A stretch of 64,000 bases of DNA from Myxococcota bacterium (GTDB lineage Bacteria > Myxococcota_A > UBA9160 > SZUA-336): the NCBI GenBank assembly GCA_965247115.1, contig CBDFGR010000003.1:576001-640000 (forward strand). The letters run 5' to 3'. The position numbers were made by a program, and so were the translations under genes. Of the stretch, positions 58,113 through 64,000 are shown piece after piece (the stretch's first letter is position 1; each line of letters begins with the position of its first letter). Under the pieces are notes generated by a model. That model worked only from the letters and a program-made list of their open reading frames with translations. It searched no databases and had not been told where the DNA came from.

Positions 58113-59042
58113 TCAGAGCTTGATACCGGCGACCAGCGCCTGCACGTGCGAAATGCTCTCGTCGAGCTGGGCGCGCTCGTCCGGCTCAAGCTCGAGCTCG
58201 TAAATCTGCTCGACGCCAGCGGCTCCGAGCTTGCAGGGGACCCCCACGTAGATGCCCGACGTCCCGTACTCGCCTTCCAGGTAGGCCGCGCATGGGAAGA
58301 CGCGCTTCTGGTCGCGCAGCACGGCCGCCGCCATCGCGACCGACGCGACGGCGGGCGAGACGAACGCCGAGCCCGTCTTCAGGAGTCCTACGATCTCGCC
58401 ACCCGCTCCCTGTACGCGCTTCACGATCTCGTCGATCTTGTGGCGTGGCAGCAGGTCGAGCAGCGGAATGCCGCTCACGCTGCAGTAGCGGGGCAGCGGG
58501 ACCATGGTGTCGCCGTGACCACCGAGGACCATCGCAACCACATCCCGGACCGCAACGCCGAGCTCCTGACTGACGAAGTACTTGAAGCGGGCGCTGTCGA
58601 GTACTCCGGCCATGCCGAAGACGCGCTCCTTGGGAAAACCCGTGAGCTCCTTCATCGCCCAGACCATGGCATCGAGCGGGTTGGAGACCACGATGACGAT
58701 CGCAGCGGGCGAGTGGGTGCGGATTCCCTCCGCCACCTGCCGGATGATCGCGAGGTTCGTGTTCAGTAGATCGTCGCGGCTCATACCCGGCTTGCGCGCC
58801 AGTCCGGCAGTGACAATGTAGAGATCTGAGCCTGCGGTATCGGCGTAGTCGTTCGTTCCGGTAACGCTCGACGCGCTGCCCCAGGCCTCCAGCGCGTGGC
58901 CGATATCGAGTGCCTTGCCCTGGGGCACACCCTCGATCACGTCGAACAGGACGACGTCGCCCAGCCTCGACTCCGCGATCAGCTGGGCCTGGACCCCGCC
59001 GATGTTCCCGGCCCCGACGAGCGAGACCTTGGGTCTGCCCAC
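58113..59042 (-). CDS. mdh: Malate dehydrogenase (LDH-like type)
   Basis: GAGNIG, RKPGMSRDDL, SNPLDAM, LDSARF, GGHGDTM. Confidence 0.97.
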   Translation of the reverse strand: MGRPKVSLVGAGNIGGVQAQLIAESRLGDVVLFDVIEGVPQGKALDIGHALEAWGSASSVTGTNDYADTAGSDLYIVTAGLARKPGMSRDDLLNTNLAIIRQVAEGIRTHSPAAIVIVVSNPLDAMVWAMKELTGFPKERVFGMAGVLDSARFKYFVSQELGVAVRDVVAMVLGGHGDTMVPLPRYCSVSGIPLLDLLPRHKIDEIVKRVQGAGGEIVGLLKTGSAFVSPAVASVAMAAAVLRDQKRVFPCAAYLEGEYGTSGIYVGVPCKLGAAGVEQIYELELEPDERAQLDESISHVQALVAGIKL

Positions 59043-59043
59043 C

Positions 59044-60294
59044 TCAAGACTCCATGTTCTCGAGAATGGCGTCGCCGAACTCGGAGCACTTGAGCATAGT
59101 CGCGCCTTCCATCAGCCGGTGGAAGTCGTACGTGACGCGCTTCTGGGCGATCGCCCTCGAGATTCCCCTCTCGATCAGGTCCGCCGCTTCGCCCCATCCC
59201 ATGTGATTGAGCATCATGACGCCGGAAAGGATCACCGAGCTCGGGTTCACCTTGTCCTGGCCCGCGTACTTGGGGGCCGTCCCGTGTGTGGCCTCGAAGA
59301 TGCCGTGTCCGGTCTCGTAGTTGATGTTGGCCCCCGGAGCGATGCCGATGCCCCCGACCTGGGCGGCCAGCGCGTCAGACAGGTAGTCGCCGTTCAGGTT
59401 CAGCGTGGCGATGACGTCGAACTCGCGCGGACGAGTCAGTACTTGCTGGAGCGTGATGTCCGCGATCGCGTCCTTGACCAGGATCTGACCGTCCGGCGGT
59501 TTTCCGTCGCAGTCGTCCCAGCCGATGGCCTTGCCACTGAACTCGCGCCGCGTGAGCTCGTAGCCCCAATCCCGGAAGGCACCCTCGGTGAACTTCATGA
59601 TGTTCCCCTTGTGCACCAGGGTGACGCTCTTGCGGTCGTGCTCGATCGCGTAGTTGATCGCCGCGCGGACCAGGCGCTCGGTACCCTCGCGGGAAACGGG
59701 CTTGACGCCGATGCCGCTCGTGTCCGGAAACCGGATCTTGTCTACGCCGAGCTCCTCGCGCAGAAACTCAATGACCTTCTTCGCCCCGGGACTCTCGGCC
59801 TCCCACTCGATGCCGGCGTAGATGTCCTCCGAGTTCTCGCGGAAGATCGCGATATCCACGTCCTGGGGCCGCTTGACCGGGCTGGGAACTCCCTCGTACC
59901 AGCGGACGGGTCGCAGGCAGACGTACAGATCGAGGATCTGGCGCAGGGCGACATTGAGGCTGCGGATGCCGCCTCCAACGGGTGTTGTCAGCGGGCCTTT
60001 GATGCCGACGAGCAGCTCGCGAAACTTGTCCACAGTGTCGTCGGGAAGCCACTCGCCCGTCGCGTCGAAGGCCTTCTGTCCAGCGAGCACTTCGTGCCAT
60101 GCGATCGTACGGCTACCGCCGAACGCCTTCTCGACGGCGCCGTTGAACACACGCACCGACGCAGCCCATATGTCCGGTCCGGTTCCGTCGCCCTCGATGA
60201 ACGCGATGATCGGGTCGTCCGGGACCTCGAGAGATCCGTCGGGACGACGTCGGATCGCGGTTCCGGGCAGGCGCACTAGGTCTGCGGCAGCCAT
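59044..60294 (-). CDS. icd: NADP-dependent isocitrate dehydrogenase (E. coli type)
   Basis: [57 protein letters not shown]. Confidence 0.98.
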   Translation of the reverse strand: MAAADLVRLPGTAIRRRPDGSLEVPDDPIIAFIEGDGTGPDIWAASVRVFNGAVEKAFGGSRTIAWHEVLAGQKAFDATGEWLPDDTVDKFRELLVGIKGPLTTPVGGGIRSLNVALRQILDLYVCLRPVRWYEGVPSPVKRPQDVDIAIFRENSEDIYAGIEWEAESPGAKKVIEFLREELGVDKIRFPDTSGIGVKPVSREGTERLVRAAINYAIEHDRKSVTLVHKGNIMKFTEGAFRDWGYELTRREFSGKAIGWDDCDGKPPDGQILVKDAIADITLQQVLTRPREFDVIATLNLNGDYLSDALAAQVGGIGIAPGANINYETGHGIFEATHGTAPKYAGQDKVNPSSVILSGVMMLNHMGWGEAADLIERGISRAIAQKRVTYDFHRLMEGATMLKCSEFGDAILENMES

Positions 60295-60361
60295 CCCCTC
60301 GTCCTCCTCAGTCGGCGCGCAGTATAGTGGCGCACCCTGGGAGCGGCAAGCTGAGCGCGAC

Positions 60362-60985
60362 TCAAGCGCTCGTTCGCTCCACGCGCCGTGCCGCCTGTTC
60401 AAACTCGCTACGCAGCTCGTCGTACGTCCTCGTCACGGGATACTGAGGAAACTCCGCGACGACGTTGTCTGGCGGACGAAACAGAATACCGGCATCGGCG
60501 ACTGCGAGCATACTCGTGTCGTTGTACGAATCCCCGGCGGCGATCGTTCGGAAGTTGAGCTCGCGCAGGTGAATCACCGATTCCCGCTTCTGATCGGACA
60601 TGCGCAGGCGGTAGTCCGTGATGCGTCCGGACGCATCTATCTCGAGGTCGTGACAGAACAAGGTGGGGAACCCCAGCTTGCGCATCAGCGGCTCTGCAAA
60701 CTGGTAGAACGTGTCGGAGAGGACCACGACCTGAAAGTGCTCGCGCAGCCAGGCCAGAAACCCCTCCGCTCCCTCGAGCGGATCGAGCTCGGCGATCACA
60801 CGCTGAATGTCGCCAATTCCAAGCTGATGCCGCTCGAGGATCTCCAGACGTCCGCGCATGAGCACGTCGTAGTCCGGCTCGTCCCGCGTGGTGCGTCGCA
60901 GCGCAGGGATGCCCGTCCGCTCGGCAACGTTGATCCAGACCTCGGGAACGAGCACCCCCTCCAGATCCAGACACGCGATGATCAC
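60362..60985 (-). CDS. thrH: Phosphoserine phosphatase/homoserine phosphotransferase ThrH
   Basis: [40 protein letters not shown]. Confidence 0.95.
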   Translation of the reverse strand: MIIACLDLEGVLVPEVWINVAERTGIPALRRTTRDEPDYDVLMRGRLEILERHQLGIGDIQRVIAELDPLEGAEGFLAWLREHFQVVVLSDTFYQFAEPLMRKLGFPTLFCHDLEIDASGRITDYRLRMSDQKRESVIHLRELNFRTIAAGDSYNDTSMLAVADAGILFRPPDNVVAEFPQYPVTRTYDELRSEFEQAARRVERTSA

Positions 60986-61047
60986 ATCGCGCAATCTAAC
61001 AGATCGTGTTGCAGGGACTGCGGCGACCGCTTGCAGGGACCCACGCC

Positions 61048-61159
61048 GTTGGAGGTCGGGAACGTCCCCCGGCGGACTCCGCTCCCTGCGTGCTCAGGGG
61101 AGTTGCTCGCCTCTGGCACCGCTACCACAGTCCGCCGGGGGACGTTCCCGACCTCCAAC
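61048..61159. repeat. Perfect 31-bp inverted repeat with 50-bp spacer
   Basis: GTTGGAGGTCGGGAACGTCCCCCGGCGGACT (61048-61078) and its exact reverse complement (61129-61159). Confidence 0.95.
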
Positions 61160-61180
61160 TACTTGCCTGGCCGGCAACCT

Positions 61181-61264
61181 GCAAGCGCCGCGAATGCGCG
61201 CGCAGCGAAGGGCTTGGCCCTGAGCGGAGGTGGGTGGCCGCGGCCGCCCGCGGCCGGGTCCCAC
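61181..61264 (-). repeat. REP-like repeat, copy E
   Basis: Reverse complement matches copy A; hairpin variant AGGGC-CAA-GCCCT. Confidence 0.93.
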
Positions 61265-61280
61265 AAGGTAGGATCGGAGG

Positions 61281-61724
61281 ATGGAAGAGCGGGCACTCGT
61301 GAAACGAGAAGGGACGGCTATCGATCGAACGGCGCGGCGGTGGGCGCTCGCGCGGGATGTGATCGCGCTGCAGCTCAAGCTGGTGCTCGAGGGGATCCGG
61401 GACGTGGTGCTGGGTCCGCTGGGGCTGATCGCAGGGCTCGCGGGCGTCCTTACCGATCCGGAACGGCCCGCTCGCCTGTTTCGCGGGGTGCTGCGCGGCG
61501 GCGTGCGCTTCGATCGGTGGCTCAACCTCTTCGGAGCTCTGGAGCGCTGCGACGCACACGACCCCGAAGAGCCCGCGCTCCCAGTTGAGACGAGCGCGGA
61601 TGACTGGCTCAACAAGATCGAGCAAGCGGTCGTCGACCAGTACGAGAGAGGTAGTCTCACGCGTTCCGCAAAGGATCGCATCGATCGCCTCATCGGCGCC
61701 GCTCAGAAGAGGACCAGTCCCTAG
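61281..61724 (+). CDS. Conserved-looking hypothetical protein
   Basis: GGAG SD; RDVIALQLKLVLEGIRDVVLGP, FDRWLNLFG, YERGSLTRSAKDRID. Confidence 0.75.
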   Translation: MEERALVKREGTAIDRTARRWALARDVIALQLKLVLEGIRDVVLGPLGLIAGLAGVLTDPERPARLFRGVLRGGVRFDRWLNLFGALERCDAHDPEEPALPVETSADDWLNKIEQAVVDQYERGSLTRSAKDRIDRLIGAAQKRTSP

Positions 61725-63298
61725 ATCTGGCGGCCGTCCTTCGACCAGTAGCGGTCTCGCACTCGTCGGCGGTAGATCTTCCCCGCGTCCGTCCTGGGTA
61801 GGGCGGCATCGAAGTCGATGCTGCGGGGGCACTTGAAGTGAGCCAGGTGAGCGCGGCAGTGGTCGAGGAGATCACTTGCCAGGGCTTCGCTCGGATCTTG
61901 GCCTTCTGCCGGCTGCACCACGGCCTTGACCTCCTCGCCCCATTCCTCGTTCGGGACGCCGACTGTTGCGACGTCGGCGACGGCCGGATGCAGCATCAGG
62001 GCTTCGTCGACCTCGGCCGGATAGATATTGACGCCGCCCGAGATGATCAGCTCTGACGTGCGTCCGGTGAGGAAGACGTAGCCGTCCTCGTCCGTGTACC
62101 CCACATCTCCGAGCGTGAAGTAGTCCCCCGAGTAGGAGGACTCGGTCTTCTCGCGGTCCTTGAAGTACTCGAAGCGTCCCACTTCCGGGGCGCGGAAGTA
62201 GATCGTGCCGATCTCTCCGCTCGGAAGTTCTCGCCCATGGTCGTCGCGGACGTCGACCTGCTCTCCGCCAACAGGCTTACCAACGCTGCCGGGCTTCGTG
62301 AGCCATTCTTCCGAGCCGATGAAGGTCCCTCCGCCCTCGGTGGCGGCGTAGTACTCCCAAAGGATCGGGCCCAGCCATTCGATCATCGCCTTCTTCACGT
62401 GCACGGGCGTCGGTGCTGCGCCGTGGATGATGCTGCGAAACGAGGAGAGGTCGTGGCGGGTCCGGATCTCTTCGGGCAGGGCCAGCAGGCGGTGGAACAT
62501 GGTCGCCACCATGTGCGTGTGCGTCACGCGGTGCTCCTCGATCAGACGCAGCATCTCCGCAGGCTCCCACGAGTCCATGAGCACGCTGCCGATTCCGATC
62601 CCCAGGGGCATCGCGAGATTGAACGCGAGTGGAGCGGTGTGATAGAGCGGCCCGGTACAGATGACGCGATCCGTCTCGGGAGAGAAGGCGCAGGCCTTGA
62701 TCACCTCGAGTCCCAGTCCCCCGATGGCAGCGGCCTCGCGCCGGTACACACCCTTGGGTCGGCCCGTCGTGCCCGACGTGTAGAGCATGGTGGTGCCAAG
62801 CGACGGATCGTCGATGTCCTCCATCGCTTCAGCGTCGAGAGCAGCGCGGTAGTCCTCGAAGCCGTCGATCGAACCGCCGAGCCCGAGCTTCACCCTGGCC
62901 GGCGCCGCAGCGGCTGCGCCCAGAGCGACGTCCGCAAAGCGAGCATCGGCGATGAACGCCTTCGCCTCGCAGTTGTCGACGATGTACGAGACCTCGTCCG
63001 CTTGCAGATGCCAGCTGATGCAGGTCAACCGAAAGCCCGCGCGCAGGACCCCGGCGAAGACCTCGGCGAACTCTGGCCGGTTCGAACACAGGAGAGCGAC
63101 CGCGTCTCCGTTCCCGAGCCCGCGGGAGCGCAGCGCCCGGACCAGCTGATTGGCCTGCGCGTTGAGCTCCGCATAGCTGCGGTTCCCGTGGGGCGAGAAG
63201 ATCGCGGTCCGCTCGGGGGCATCCCGCGCGGTCAGCGCCACGCCCATGCCCACGGCCCCGGCTTCGAATGGATTCCGCCAGGTCTGCCCGCTCGCCAT
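61721..63298 (-). CDS. Acyl-CoA synthetase (AMP-binding family)
   Basis: YTSGTTGRPKGV, EYYAATE, GDVGY, IISGGVNIYPAE, GKIYRR. Confidence 0.95.
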   Translation of the reverse strand: MASGQTWRNPFEAGAVGMGVALTARDAPERTAIFSPHGNRSYAELNAQANQLVRALRSRGLGNGDAVALLCSNRPEFAEVFAGVLRAGFRLTCISWHLQADEVSYIVDNCEAKAFIADARFADVALGAAAAAPARVKLGLGGSIDGFEDYRAALDAEAMEDIDDPSLGTTMLYTSGTTGRPKGVYRREAAAIGGLGLEVIKACAFSPETDRVICTGPLYHTAPLAFNLAMPLGIGIGSVLMDSWEPAEMLRLIEEHRVTHTHMVATMFHRLLALPEEIRTRHDLSSFRSIIHGAAPTPVHVKKAMIEWLGPILWEYYAATEGGGTFIGSEEWLTKPGSVGKPVGGEQVDVRDDHGRELPSGEIGTIYFRAPEVGRFEYFKDREKTESSYSGDYFTLGDVGYTDEDGYVFLTGRTSELIISGGVNIYPAEVDEALMLHPAVADVATVGVPNEEWGEEVKAVVQPAEGQDPSEALASDLLDHCRAHLAHFKCPRSIDFDAALPRTDAGKIYRRRVRDRYWSKDGRQI

Positions 63299-63404
63299 CT
63301 GGATCCCGTCCCCGCTCGCTCGAGTTTGCGGGATTCTAGCGCTAGCGAGGAGCCGCGGGGCCAGGTCGCGGCGCCCGGCCGGGGTCCCTTGACCGCCTGG
63401 CCTC

Positions 63405-63423
63405 GATATTGATATTCATTATC
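63405..63423. promoter_or_regulatory. Fur box
   Basis: GATATTGATATTCATTATC, 17/19 match to GATAATGATAATCATTATC; TTGACC at 63389. Confidence 0.85.
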
Positions 63424-63552
63424 AGTATCGTATCAGAGGAAGTCATGGCGTGACGTCGCGGACGCTCCTCTCGTTTCCGGGGCCAGAGGTCCAGCGAGAT
63501 CCAGAGCCCAAGAGCGCGCGACCGACCGCCGCGCCTCACGGAGGGAACTCGC

Positions 63553-64000
63553 ATGGGCCGGAACCGAGGACTGAATTGGACACTGTGGGCGCTGTTGTCG
63601 TGCTCGCTATGCGTCGCCACCGTGCGCGCAGACGAGCTCTCGCAGCGCGAGCTGGCACAGCAGGACCAGATTGCAGAGCTGGCACAGCAGCTCTCGATCG
63701 TGGTCGACGAGGTGGCCCGACTTCGTACCCAGCTGGCGGTGCCCGAGGAGGATACGGAGCTGGAGAGCGTCCACGGGCTGGGTCCGGCCGCGTCGAAGGT
63801 CTACGGCATCGGGCGCGGGCTCTCGCTGGGCGGCTACGCCGAGGGTGTGTACACGAACCAGATTGGCGACGCGGACGGGAACGGCGAGGCCACCGCGGAC
63901 ATGCTGCGCATGGTCCTCTACACGGGCTACAAGTTCACGGACAGCCTCGTCTTCAATACAGAGCTCGAGTTCGAGCACGCGGGCACCGGAGGTGGGGGCG
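63553..64000 (+). CDS. Outer-membrane porin-like protein (partial)
   Basis: Not in the ORF track. GGAGGG SD; signal peptide, coiled coil, GLGPAASKVY..GLSLGGYAE, RMVLYTGYKF...FNTELEFEHA beta-strands. Confidence 0.8.
   Translation, partial: MGRNRGLNWTLWALLSCSLCVATVRADELSQRELAQQDQIAELAQQLSIVVDEVARLRTQLAVPEEDTELESVHGLGPAASKVYGIGRGLSLGGYAEGVYTNQIGDADGNGEATADMLRMVLYTGYKFTDSLVFNTELEFEHAGTGGGG

Overview
High-GC bacterial chromosomal window. A Tgl/PilF-type TPR lipoprotein, its typical upstream partner gene and the mgtE-recO-ppdK neighbourhood suggest a Myxococcota/deltaproteobacterial host (inference). Core content: a near-complete dcw cluster (mraZ-rsmH-ftsL-ftsI-murE-murF-mraY-murD-ftsW-murG-murC-murB-ftsQ-ftsA-ftsZ, no ddl), ndk, a RecQ-family helicase operon, an E. 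coli-type frdABCD, ppdK/recO/mgtE/tgl, icd-mdh-sucCD, thrH, an acyl-CoA synthetase and the start of a porin gene behind a near-consensus Fur box. The most interesting part is a ~13 kb accessory block at 20.3-33.0 kb. It holds three different Rieske-fused proteins (ferric-reductase-like membrane protein, FMN glutamate-synthase-like domain, ThDP oxidase), an exported Cys/His protein, a hydrolase-DedA-ATP-grasp triple fusion, a YHS protein, an OlsB-like N-acyltransferase, a PlsC/OlsA-DinB fusion and an ECF sigma with a zinc anti-sigma. This is a candidate uncharacterised aminolipid-tailoring/envelope-redox system. Also seen: a 5-copy structured intergenic repeat with compensatory stem changes, nested inverted-repeat cassettes, several apparent CTG/ATT start codons, a 37-aa unannotated membrane protein and a truncated DUF1622 gene. 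All family calls come from motif recognition by eye; no database search was run.
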